A DNA stretch of 64,000 bases from Roseibacillus sp. Its GTDB lineage: Bacteria; Verrucomicrobiota; Verrucomicrobiia; Verrucomicrobiales; Akkermansiaceae. The stretch covers positions 96,001 to 160,000 of the forward strand of contig CBDEUM010000039.1 of the NCBI GenBank assembly GCA_965242925.1, in the 5' to 3' direction. The translations under genes and the position numbers were made by a program. A model generated the notes under the pieces. That model saw only the letters and a program-made list of their open reading frames with translations, did not search any database and was not told the DNA's origin. Shown here one piece after another: positions 10,700-21,138 of this stretch; the stretch's first letter is position 1, and every line of letters starts with the position of its first letter.

Positions 10700-12245
10700 A
10701 TGCGCTTTCTTCTCCCGATCCTCCTGCTCACCTGCCCGCCCGCCCTCGCCGCCGCTCCCAACATCGTTTTCATCCTCGCTGATGACCTCGGGGTCCGGGA
10801 CCTGTCCATTGAAGGCAGCACCTACTACGAAACCCCCCACATCGATCGCATCGCAAGGGAGGGCGTGCGCTTCACCCACGGCTATGCCACCTGCCAGGTG
10901 TGCTCGCCCTCCCGCGCCAGCATCATGACCGGGAAATATCCCGCCCGCCATGGCGTCACCGACTGGATCGGGGCCGCCACTGGCCTGAACTGGAAACGCA
11001 ACAACAGGATCCTGCCCTCTGAATACGTCCGCCATCTTCCTCACGAGGACACCAGCCTGGCCGAGGCCCTCAAAAAGGGTGGCTACCGGACCTTCTTCGC
11101 CGGCAAGTGGCATCTTGGCGGCGAGGGCTCGTTCCCGGAGGACCACGGCTTTGACCAGAACATCGGCGGACACCACCGGGGCAGCCCCCCCGGGGGCTTC
11201 TTCTCCCCCTTCCGTAACCCCAGGATGAAGGACGGCCCCAAGGGCCAGTCCCTCCCGCTGCGCCTCGCCAACGACACTGCCGCCTTCATCAAGGGCAAGA
11301 CCGACACCCCCTTCTTCGCCTTTCTCTCCTTTTACTCGGTCCACGGCCCCATCCAGACCACGCCGGATCTCTGGAAGAAATACCGGGACAAGGCTGGCAA
11401 GTCCCCCCACGAGGGCAACCGCTTCCTCATCGATCGCACCCTGCCCGTGCGACAGGTCCAGGACTGTCCCATCTATGCCGGTATGATGGAAACCATGGAT
11501 GACGCGGTCGGCATCGTCCTCCAAGCCCTCGATGAAGCAGGAGTTGCAGACAACACCATCGTGATCTTCACCTCCGACAACGGTGGAGTCTCCTCGGGTG
11601 ATGCCTTCGCCACCTCCAACCTCCCCTACCGCGGGGGCAAGGGGCGCCAGTGGGAGGGCGGGATCCGGGAACCCTACTACATCAAGGCCCCGGGAGTCGC
11701 CCGGACCGGGGGCAATCTGCGAGACCCCGGTGACCGGAACGGATTTCTATCCCACCCTCCTCGAACTGGCAGGCCTTGACCCCCTCCCCGCCCAGCACGT
11801 CGACGGCGTGAGCCTCGTCCCCCTCCTCAAGGGAGAAAAGATTCCCTCAAGGGACCTCTTCTGGCACTACCCGCACTATGGAAACCAAGGTGGTGAGCCA
11901 AGTGCCATCATCCGCCGCGGGGACTGGAAGCTCATTCACTACTACGAGGATGGCAGGGACGAACTCTACAACCTCGCCCGGGATATCGGGGAGCAGACCG
12001 ACCTCGCCGCCGGGGAAGGACCACGGGTGAAAACACTCCGCGCCGCCCTCGACGCCTGGCTCGCCGGGACGGGAGCCCGCATCCCCAAGAAGGATGCCCG
12101 CTTCGATGCCGCCCGACGGGCCCAGCAGGATGCCACCATCAAAACGCAGCGTCTTCCCCGGCTCGAGAAGCAGCATGCCAACTTCCTCGCTCCCGGATTC
12201 CAGCCCAATGCAACCTGGTGGGGCAGCAAGGTGACCAGGGACTAA
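10700..12245 (+). CDS. Arylsulfatase-family (formylglycine, Cys-type) sulfatase, split by a +1 frameshift near 11705-11712
   Basis: PNIVFILADDLG, CSPSRAS, GKWHLG, SDNGG, GKG..WEGGIREP in 10637..11779; continuation (TDFYPTLLELAG, LFWHYPHY, ELYNL..DIGE) in 11583..12245. Confidence 0.9.
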
Positions 12246-12312
12246 GCCCAATCACGCCCGGAACCGGAGCTGCGCTCTTGCTCCCGGGCAACCACATCAC
12301 CATCCTCCCACC

Positions 12313-13774
12313 ATGCGTTCACTCCTCCCCTGGCTCCTCGCCGCCTCTCTCTTCCCGGCCTTCGCCGCCGCCAAGCCGCCCAACATCATCTTCATTCTCA
12401 GCGACGACCATCGTTACGACCTCATGGGCTTCCATCCCGATGCCCCCGAGTGGCTGGAAACCCCCGCCCTCGACCGGCTCGCCAAGGAAGGGGCTCACCT
12501 CGCCAACGCCTTCGTCAGCACCTCCCTCTGTTCCCCCAGCCGGGCCTCCGTCCTGACCGGCCAGTACATGCACCACCACCGCGTGGTCGACAACCAGCGC
12601 CCCGTCCCCAAGGGAACCGTCTTCTTCCCCCAGCACCTCCAGAAAGCCGGTTACCGCACCGCCTACGTGGGCAAGTGGCATATGGGCCACGACAACGACG
12701 AACCGCGTCCCGGCTTCCACCACTGGGTCAGCTTCAAGGGCCAGGGCACCTACTTCGATCCGGAGCTCAACATCAACGGCAGACGCCAGGCCTTCAAGGG
12801 CTACAATGCGGACATCCTGACCGCCCAGGCCATCAAGTGGCTCAAGGAACGGCCCGCCGACCAACCCTTCCTCCTCTATCTCGGCTATAAGGCCGTCCAC
12901 TACCCCTTCACGCCCGCCCCCCGCCATGCCACCCGCTACGAGGGCAAAAAAATCCCCTACCCCGCCACCATGGCCAATACCGAGGAGAACTACGCCACCC
13001 AGCCCCGCTGGGTCCGCGAACGCCGTTTCGGCATCCACGGGATCGACCACATGCAGACCGGCCCCCTCGACCACGACCCGGTCCCTGACTTCGACGAACT
13101 CTACTACAACTTCTGCGAAACCATCCACGGCCTCGACGAAAACATCGGTCGCCTCCTCACCCACCTTGACCAGAGCGAACTCACCAAGGACACCCTCGTG
13201 GTCTACATGGGAGACAACGGCTTCGCCCTCGGGAGAGCACGGCTTCTACGACAAGCGCGATGCCTTCGAGGAAAGCATCCGCGTGCCCCTCCTCGCCCGG
13301 GGACCGGGCATCAAGCCCGGCACCGTGGTTGAGGAGATGGTCCAGAACATCGACATCGCCCCCACCCTCCTTGAGGCTGCCGGCACCAAGGCCCCTGCCA
13401 ACGCCCCGGAGTTTGACGGACGCTCCTTCCTCTCCCTCCTCAAGGGCCTCAAACCTCCCACCCCATGGCGCAACCACATCCTCTACGAGTACCACTGGGA
13501 GTGGAACTTTCCCGCCCAGCCCACCACTCTTGCCATTCGCACCGACCGCTGGAAATACGTCTACACCCATGGCCACTGGGACATCAATGGCCTCTACGAC
13601 CTTGAGACCGATCCCCACGAGCGCCACAACCTGATCAGGGTCCCTGCCTTCCGGGAAAAAGCCGACTCCCTCCGCACCCAACTCTTCAGAGAACTCGGTG
13701 AGTCCGGCGGGCTCCTCATGCCCATTCGCCCCCCCGCTGGCGACCCCTACCACGACCGGAAACTGAAGAGATAG
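12313..13774 (+). CDS. Sulfatase (N-acetylglucosamine-6-sulfatase-like), split by a +1 frameshift near 13231-13234
   Basis: PNIIFILSDDHR, CSPSRAS, GKWHMG, GDNGF; removing one base restores GEHGFYDKR..EESIRVP, NIDIAPT, LYDLETDPHE. Confidence 0.9.
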
Positions 13775-13782
13775 CCGGCACC

Positions 13783-14313
13783 ATGGCCCGCAATGTCGAA
13801 ATCAAGGCCCGCCTGTCCGACTACGAAAACACCGCCCGGCGGGCCCGGGAATTGTCCCCCTCCGAACCGGTTGTCATCGCGCAGGAAGATGTCTTCTTCC
13901 CGTGCCCCTCCGGCCGCCTCAAGCTCCGCATCCTCAGCCCCGGGCGGGGTGAACTCATTTTCTACCAGCGCCCGGACCAGGAGGGACCCAAGACCTCCCA
14001 CTACTCCCTTGCCCCCACTTCCGATCCCACCGGAATGCGCCATGTCCTCGCTACCGCCTACGGGGAAAAGGCCGTGGTCCGGAAAGTCCGCCATCTCTAC
14101 CTCGTCGGCCGGACCCGTATCCATCTCGACCGGGTCGAGGAACTCGGGGACTTCCTGGAACTCGAGGTCGTCCTCGCCGAGGGGGATTCCATAGGGGATG
14201 GCGAGGCCGAGGCACACCAGCTCATGCGCTCCCTGGGGGTGACTCCTGAAGATCTCGTTCCCGACGCCTACGTTGATTTACTGGAGAGAAGCCATGGGCC
14301 CGGGGCCCCCTGA
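13783..14313 (+). CDS. CYTH domain protein (class IV adenylate cyclase-like)
   Basis: N-terminal ExExK-type motif NVEIKAR, RLKLR, RIHLDRVEELGDFLELEV. Confidence 0.88.
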   Translation: MARNVEIKARLSDYENTARRARELSPSEPVVIAQEDVFFPCPSGRLKLRILSPGRGELIFYQRPDQEGPKTSHYSLAPTSDPTGMRHVLATAYGEKAVVRKVRHLYLVGRTRIHLDRVEELGDFLELEVVLAEGDSIGDGEAEAHQLMRSLGVTPEDLVPDAYVDLLERSHGPGAP

Positions 14314-14352
14314 CGGGAGGCTCATCCAACGCCCCATCAGCGATCTCCCGCG

Positions 14353-17149
14353 CTAGCGCGTTTTGCGGCTGCGTGAGTTCTTGGCCGCCTCCCGCCGGAC
14401 CGCCTCCGTCTTCTGCCGGCGCGCCGCCGCCTGGGCCTCCGCCCGCGACTTGGCTTCTCCCCGCGCTCTCGCCTCCGCGGCCGCCCGCTGGGCATCTGCC
14501 TGGCGCCGGGCTTGCACGGCTGCGGCCTTCCGTTGCGCGTCCAGTTCGGCACGGCGTTGGGCATCCGCCCGCGCACGGACTGCTTCCGCCCGCCGCTGGG
14601 CGTCGATCTGGGCCTTGCGCCGGGCGTCCAGTTCAGCCCGCCTGCGGGATTCCTCCACCTTTTGACGGGCGAGGGCCTGCCCTCTGGCGTCCTCGGCCTG
14701 CTGACGCGCCATCGCCTGGCGCTTGGCTTCCGTCAACTTCTGTTCGGCCAGGGCCCGGCGTCTGGCATCCTCGGTCTTCTGCTGGGCAAGGGCACGACGC
14801 TTCGCCTCTTCGGCCTGCTGGCGGGCCAGCGCCTGCTTCCTGGCATCGGCCTCCGCCTGCTCACGGGCCAGTTCCGCTCGCTTCGCTTCAGCCTGCTTCC
14901 GCTCGGCCAGAACCCGGCGCTTGGCCTCTTCCGCCTTCCCATGAGCCAGAGCCCGCCTTCCCATGAGCCAAGGCCTGACGCGCCATTTCCTCGCGCTTTC
15001 ATCTGCCTCTGCCTGCTTCTGCTCGACCAAGGCCGAGGGCCCGGCGCTTCACCTGTGCAAGAGCCCGGCGCTTCCGCCTTCTGCTCGACCAAGAGCACGA
15101 CGCTTCACCTCCTCGGAACGCTGACGCGCCATTTCCTCGCGCTTGGCTTCCGACAGTTTCTGCTCCGCAAGAGCCCGGCGTTTGCCTCCTCAGCCTGCTT
15201 CCTCGACCAAGGCACGACGCTTCACCTCTTCCGCTTTCTGCTTCTGCTCGGCAAGAGCACGCCGCTTCCCCTCCTCATCTTTCTGCTCCGCAACGCCTCC
15301 TCAGCCTGCTTCTGCTCGACCAAGGCACGACGCTTCACCTCTCCGCTTTCTGTTCGGCAAGAGCACGCCGCTTCCCCTCCTCATCTTTCTGCTCCGCAAG
15401 AGCCCGGCGCTTGGCCTCCTCAGCCTGCTTCTGCTCGACCAAGGCACGACGCTTCACCTCTTCCCCCTTCTCACGGGCCAAGGCCTGACGTTTTCTTTCA
15501 TCTGCCTCCACCTGCTGCTGGGCCAACGCCCGGCGCTTCGCTTCCCCCGCTTTCTCTTCGTCAGCGTTCCGCCGGCGGCCCTCCCGGAGAGCAGTTGCGT
15601 TTTCACCCCCGCCAGGCCCAGGTCCCACAACTGGCCCCCGCCTTCTCAGCGATTCGCGCACCGCTGCCACTTCCTTCCCGGCCTTCTCGATCATCCGTTG
15701 TGCCTCCGCACGCTCCTTGGGCTGCAATTTCCGGTCCTGCATGCGGCGTTCCGCGGCCACCACCGCTTCGCTGGCAGCACGCAGGCTCTCCTCCGCTTTT
15801 GCCCTCCGCCGCTGCCTGTCCTCCAGGGGATTCTCCTCCTGCTGTTCTCCCGCGGTCCTCCGCCGTTGCAGATTGTTGCGCAGGGCCGCCTGGCATTCCG
15901 TCGTCGCGATGGCTTCCCGCGCGCCCTCATGTCTCCGCACCGAGGCCTCATGATGCCGGTGCCTGAGATCCCGTTTGATTTCCCTCTTGCCGGCCCGCAC
16001 GATATCGACCCGACCGAGGTCACCCGCTACCCGGCTGGGACAGACTGCGGCATTCCAGGGTGCATCGACCCGCGGAGCGAAGACGTGCAACCTGTCCTCG
16101 TGCAGACGATGATGCTGACGGTGGGCGAAGTGGTCGCGGCCGCCCCCGAAGTCGAGCTGGCAGCGACGCCCGGGCCGCCGCGCGTGCCGATTGACCCAGG
16201 CGAAGTCCGGACCCCCGCAATGCACGTGGTTTCCCCGCATCGAAAAGCGCGTTACGTTGCGGGTGTTGATGATGATGGTGATCACCGTCACCCGCGGCAC
16301 GCAGTGCGGCTGCACCGGCTCGTAGAAGTGGTCCACCGGGACAAAGTTGTAGTAGTCGGGAGACACATCGTAGGCCAGGTCGATTCCCGGATCGTAATCG
16401 TATACCTCGTCATAGAGGGTCTCGGGCGGCAGGGGTGCCCATCCCAGATAGTCGTCATTCTGGCGCCATGACACCCAGGCCGGGGCCCAGTCATCCCCCG
16501 GCACCCACACCCAGCCGTGCTCGGCGAGGAGAACCCAGCGACCGTAGTGATAGACCGCCCAGCCAAAGGGCTCGTCCGAGAGCCAGGTCCAGCCCTGGTC
16601 GGAATTCACCCAGCGGCCCCGGGTGTAGGGCCTCCAGGCCGGATCTGTCTGCAAGGTCGATGGCTGCCAAACGAATCCGTAGTCCCGGGTCTCAAACCAC
16701 TCCCCGAACCTCGAGAGCTCCGCAAAGAAGATCTGATGGTCCCCGGTATCGAGCAGCACGGCCGGGACTGTCGCCTCAATTGCCACCGCCTTTTCCTCCT
16801 CCGGAAGAAGTTCCCCATTCCGGGGTGCTTCCTCCACTACGATAGCCCGGGGCACATTCGTGAAATCCGCCGCATCGCCGGGTTCGGCCTCAATGATCCC
16901 GGCATCATCCGGCGCCCCGTCCACATCGGGATCCTCCCCTTCCAGGGCGGTGAGCGCGATCTCCAGCTGGCGACGTGCCTCCTCCAACTCCGCATCGAGG
17001 GCGGCATCCTCGCGCTCCTTCTCGAGCTGCGCGACCTTCTCCTTCAGTTTCCTTGATTCGATATCTGCCGAGAACTTCGCGAAATCACAGGCAGGTAAAA
17101 CACACCCACCAACAAGAGCCAGGGAAAGGAACAGGAAACGCTTCATCAT
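14353..17149 (-). CDS. Putative lipoprotein with Trp-rich DUF6600-like domain and long TolA-like A/E/K/R/Q-rich repetitive tail (several frameshifts in 15000-15350)
   Basis: Signal peptide with Cys; WRPYTRGRWV..DQGWTWLSDEPFGWAVYHYGRW..GWVWVPG..WAPAWVSWR..LGWAPLPP. ORFs 15335..17149 and 14353..15030 share the same EAKRRALAEQK repeat. Confidence 0.7.
14620..15560 (-). repeat. Coding tandem repeat, about 39 nt (13 aa) unit with an approximately 117-nt higher-order unit
   Basis: Peptide units EAKRRALAQQKTE / DARRRALAEQKLT / EAKRQAMARQQAE / DARGQALARQKVE; near-identical DNA blocks starting at about 15184, 15295 and 15414 (gcctcctcagcctgctt...aaggcacgacgcttcacctc). Confidence 0.85.
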
Positions 17150-17291
17150 AATACAAATGGATTCGGTCCATTCGACGGCGATGGCACCCTGTCCTATTCA
17201 CCGAATTCTCCCTATAATTCCCCCTTTCCTTCCCCATTGCCCTATTTGGAGCTTCAGCAAGCCCTCCAATCCATGCAAACTGCTCTACCCC

Positions 17292-18677
17292 ATGGCTGAA
17301 AACCCGTATCGCCTCACCGAGGATGACATCCTCGAGCCCCCCACCACCTTCTCGGGCAAACTTCGCTTTCTCGGACCCGGGTTTATCCTCTCGGCCTCCA
17401 TCGTGGGTTCCGGGGAACTCTTTGCCACCACCCTCCTCGGGGCCAAGGCCGGCTTCGTCTGCCTCTGGGTCATCATTTTCTCCTGCCTCGTCAAGGTCGC
17501 CCTCCAGCTCGAGTTCGGCAAACACGCCATCTACACCGGTCGGACCACCATGCAGGCCCTCAACGACCTGCCCGGGCCCCGCCTCGGCAGGGGACACCTC
17601 TCGATCTGGATCTGGCTCCTCATCATGTCCTTCAAGTTCCTGCAGGTCGGCGGGATCGTGGGAGGAGTGGCCCTCATTTTCATGCAGATCCCGGCCCTGG
17701 CCGACTTTGGCCTGATCTGGTGGACTCTCTTCACCGCCCTCGTCGTGGCAGTCATCGTCTCGGTCGGGCGCTACGGCTTTCTCGAAAAGCTCTCCCTCAT
17801 AATGATCGGGCTCTTCACCATCTTCACTTTGGTCTCGGTGATTGCCCTGCAGTGGACCGACAATGCGTTCAGCGGAGCGGAGATCCTCTCCGGCCTGAGC
17901 TTCCAGTTGCCCACCGCCGCGGTCATCATCGCGGTGGGAGCCTTCGGCATCACCGGGGTGGGGGGAGACGAAATCATGGCCTACAACTACTGGCTGCTGG
18001 AAAAAGGCTACGCCGCCCACACCGGACCCCGCCCGGGCTGGACCAGCGGGGAAGCACACGACATCTGGCTCCGGCGCGCGCGCGGCTGGATCAGGGTCAT
18101 GACCCTGGACGCCATGGCCGCCATGGTCTGCTACACCCTCGTCACAGTGCTCTTCTACATTCTGGGGGCCGCCATTCTTCATCGAAATGGCCTCGTCCCG
18201 GCCAAGACTGAAATGATCTCGCAGCTGGGCACGATCTACACCGAGTCTCTCGGTCCCTGGGCCTTCGGAATCTTCCTTGGCGGGGCGCTGGTGGTGCTCT
18301 TTTCCACCCTCCTCTCCGCCCTCGCAGCCTGGGCCCGGCTCTTCAGCGATGCCTTCAGCCAACTGGGCTGGGGGAACTTCCAGGATCCCGAGAGCCGCAA
18401 AAAATCCGTGGGGACCTGTGCCTTTGTCTTTCCGGCCATCTGGGCTATTCTCTTTCTCCAGTTCCAGGCCCCGGGACTCATGGTCATTATCGGAGGGGTC
18501 GCCAGCGCCTTCATCCTCCTCATCGTGGTCTATGCCGCGGTCATCATGCACCGCAAGTGGGCACCCAGGGAGCTTGAGGGCGGACAGTTCTACAAGACGG
18601 CCTTCCTCCTGAGTTCGGTCGCCATCGTTGCGGTGGCCGTCATCTCATCCGCCAAGGCCCTCAAGTTGATCGGCTGA
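17292..18677 (+). CDS. Nramp/MntH-like (APC superfamily) membrane transporter, substrate unknown
   Basis: About 11 hydrophobic segments; LGPGFILSASIVGSGE, FGITGVGGDE. Start trimmed to MAENPY. Confidence 0.75.
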   Translation: MAENPYRLTEDDILEPPTTFSGKLRFLGPGFILSASIVGSGELFATTLLGAKAGFVCLWVIIFSCLVKVALQLEFGKHAIYTGRTTMQALNDLPGPRLGRGHLSIWIWLLIMSFKFLQVGGIVGGVALIFMQIPALADFGLIWWTLFTALVVAVIVSVGRYGFLEKLSLIMIGLFTIFTLVSVIALQWTDNAFSGAEILSGLSFQLPTAAVIIAVGAFGITGVGGDEIMAYNYWLLEKGYAAHTGPRPGWTSGEAHDIWLRRARGWIRVMTLDAMAAMVCYTLVTVLFYILGAAILHRNGLVPAKTEMISQLGTIYTESLGPWAFGIFLGGALVVLFSTLLSALAAWARLFSDAFSQLGWGNFQDPESRKKSVGTCAFVFPAIWAILFLQFQAPGLMVIIGGVASAFILLIVVYAAVIMHRKWAPRELEGGQFYKTAFLLSSVAIVAVAVISSAKALKLIG

Positions 18678-18692
18678 ACCGCAACGGCCGGG

Positions 18693-19955
18693 TCACCAGA
18701 GGCAGACCAGATGCCTGTCACCGCGGATGAGCACCCTGCCATCCACCACTAGCGGGGAGGCTATCACACCCTCCCCAATGTTGATTTCCTCCAGGTTCTC
18801 GATCCCCTCCGCTGTCAACCTAGCGGTGAAGACAGCCCCGTCCCGGCGCGCGCCGTAGAAGTGTCTGCCCGCCACCACCGGGGAGGCGCAGAAGGTGTGA
18901 ACAGACTTCGGCAGGCTCTCCTGCCAGGCCTTCTCCCCAGTTGCTGCATTCACCATCGTCAGGGTTCCCCGCGTCTTCCCGGTATCGGTGAGCATGAGGG
19001 CCCGGTTCCCGTGCACGGCGGGGGTGCAGGTGTCCGAGCCCCAGCCCCGGGCGCTCCAAAGCCAGGCTGCGCTGGTGATATCTCCCTTGCCTCCCAGCTT
19101 GATCCCCGCCACCCGGTCTTCCCGTCCATAGGGAACGATCGCCACCCCGTCCGTCCCGGAGGGAGAGGCGATGGTCCGCCACACCCGCTCCGGCTTGGGG
19201 TTGAACCCACCGCAGAACCACAGCTGCTTCCCGGTCCCCGCGTCATGCCCGGTCAGGTGATCTCCTCCCCAGGTCACGATTGTCTCCACTCCGTCGACCT
19301 CCGCCACGAAGGGCGACGAGTAGCTGTCCCCGTTTTCCCCAACCGTCCTGAAAAGACGCTCCGTCATCCAGACACGTTTCCCGTTCTCCTTGTTAAGCGC
19401 AGCGAGATAGGAGGTTCCCGCCTGCTGCATGACAGCGATCACGAGATGACCGCCTGCAAAAATGGGCGAAGTGCCCCGGTCCCAGAGAATCTTGTCCGGA
19501 TGGGTCACTTCATCCAGGCTGGTCCTCCACTCCACCTTTCCCTGCAGCGTGAGGGAGGCCACCGTGCCCGACTTGAAATAGACGAAGAGATGCCTGCCGT
19601 CGGTGAGCGGGGACGAATTCGCGCTGCTGCCGATACGCTGCGTCCGTCCCAGCCGGGCCGCTCCGAGCTCCTTGCGCCAGAGTTCCTTCCCACTCTTGAG
19701 ATCGAAGGCCTGGACCGCGTCCTTTTCACCGATCAAACCGGTCACGAACACCTTGCCCTCCCACACCACGGGAGTCGAACAGGCCCGGCCCTCCAGTTTG
19801 ACCTTCCACATGCGATCCGCGGCGAAGCTGGTGGGGCCCTCACGGTCCGGCACCACCCCGTTGCCGTGCGGCCCCCGCCACGCGGGCCAGTTTTCCGCCC
19901 TTGCCCCGGCTCCCACCCAGAGCATCCCCAGTAACAGGATCATTCGCAAATTCAT
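18693..19955 (-). CDS. Secreted PQQ-binding-like beta-propeller protein
   Basis: ENWPAWRGP, CSTPVVW, GDSYSSP, TWGGDHLTGHD; clear paralog of 9186..10472. Confidence 0.85.
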   Translation of the reverse strand: MNLRMILLLGMLWVGAGARAENWPAWRGPHGNGVVPDREGPTSFAADRMWKVKLEGRACSTPVVWEGKVFVTGLIGEKDAVQAFDLKSGKELWRKELGAARLGRTQRIGSSANSSPLTDGRHLFVYFKSGTVASLTLQGKVEWRTSLDEVTHPDKILWDRGTSPIFAGGHLVIAVMQQAGTSYLAALNKENGKRVWMTERLFRTVGENGDSYSSPFVAEVDGVETIVTWGGDHLTGHDAGTGKQLWFCGGFNPKPERVWRTIASPSGTDGVAIVPYGREDRVAGIKLGGKGDITSAAWLWSARGWGSDTCTPAVHGNRALMLTDTGKTRGTLTMVNAATGEKAWQESLPKSVHTFCASPVVAGRHFYGARRDGAVFTARLTAEGIENLEEINIGEGVIASPLVVDGRVLIRGDRHLVCLW

Positions 19956-20094
19956 GGCCCTACTACAGCAAGGCAGCCTCTCCCCTCTCAACAAGAATCG
20001 TAAACCCTCCTCCTGATTACCAATAACAGATAACTAATATCCCCACCGCGATCCTTGACCAACGCCTCCCACTCTGGACACTCCTGCCTGCATC

Positions 20095-21108
20095 ATGGCT
20101 GACATCATCAACAAGACCGACATTGAACTCGGGGTCGTCGCCACCCACTCCGGATGGGTGGGGGGAATCGTTCCCGATGACGACGGGAATGTCCCACGCA
20201 CCAGCGAGGGGGAACTGGTCGTTCTCGCCGAGATGAAAAAGCTCCAGGAGCTCAGTCGTGTCAAACTCGACGGCGTGCAGGTTCCCGTCATCCCCGGCAC
20301 CAGGGGTGAGGATTTCGACGAGATCTGCAACGGATTCAAGGATCTCGACCTCAAACTCTACTTCGTCCTGATGGTGGGCGGCGCCGATCCCATGAACCCC
20401 GAGGACGAGTCCGCGGTGGCGGATCAGCTCCTCCTCGGCCTGGAAGCGGCCAAGACCCACGGCGTCACTATTGTCTCTTCCACCTCCATCGAGGAGTGGA
20501 TGAGCGGCTCGCCACGCAAGGATGGCACTGACTTTGAGGCCGCCGTTGAGCAGAACGCCAGGCTCCACCACCGCTGCTACACCGAGGCCGGTCTTGCCGA
20601 TTCCTGCGTCAGTTCGTGGCACGTCGAGTTCCTGCGTCCCGGCGAGTTCGCCACCTTCACCGACCTTGGCCGCCTCTGGAAGTTCCTCCAGGCCGCCAAT
20701 TCCCTCGTCGGCAGTGATGACAAGTTCTTCAAGTCCCTCACCGATGCCGCCCACTGCGGGGACTCCACCCTCACTATTCCGGAGAACGAGGACCTCATCG
20801 CGCAGATGGGTGCGGCGGGCGAACTCGGCTGCTTCCACGCTTCCGCCATGACCACCCGGGGGTGCCTGTCCACCGACGATGGCTGGATCGGCTCCCTCCT
20901 CACCGCAGTGGCCAAGACAGGCACCCTGGAACATGTCTTCGTCGAACTCTTCCGGCACGATGACGCCGCCCTCCAGGCCCTCCGGGACCTCGATCCCGGG
21001 CATGGCATCGATACCACCGACGGACGGGACTACAACGAGTGCACTGCCGACGGTCTTGAAGACATCGCCCACCGCCTCAACAACCTCAAGGCCCGCGGCA
21101 TCCTCTAG
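20095..21108 (+). CDS. Xylose-isomerase-like TIM barrel protein (ketose 3-epimerase-like)
   Basis: Metal-ligand pattern E(FLR)...D(AAH)...H(AS)...E(LF), typical of the AP-endonuclease-2/epimerase superfamily. Confidence 0.6.
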   Translation: MADIINKTDIELGVVATHSGWVGGIVPDDDGNVPRTSEGELVVLAEMKKLQELSRVKLDGVQVPVIPGTRGEDFDEICNGFKDLDLKLYFVLMVGGADPMNPEDESAVADQLLLGLEAAKTHGVTIVSSTSIEEWMSGSPRKDGTDFEAAVEQNARLHHRCYTEAGLADSCVSSWHVEFLRPGEFATFTDLGRLWKFLQAANSLVGSDDKFFKSLTDAAHCGDSTLTIPENEDLIAQMGAAGELGCFHASAMTTRGCLSTDDGWIGSLLTAVAKTGTLEHVFVELFRHDDAALQALRDLDPGHGIDTTDGRDYNECTADGLEDIAHRLNNLKARGIL

Positions 21109-21138
21109 CGGGAGTCGCAATCCACGGCTCGCCGGCCG

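Noticed and set aside
14363..16471. Long Leu/Phe-rich plus-strand ORFs and a possible CRISPR-like reading of the repeats
   Set aside because: Antisense of the E/K/Q/R-rich coding repeat; the repeats are contiguous and codon-periodic with no unique spacers, and no cas genes are present.
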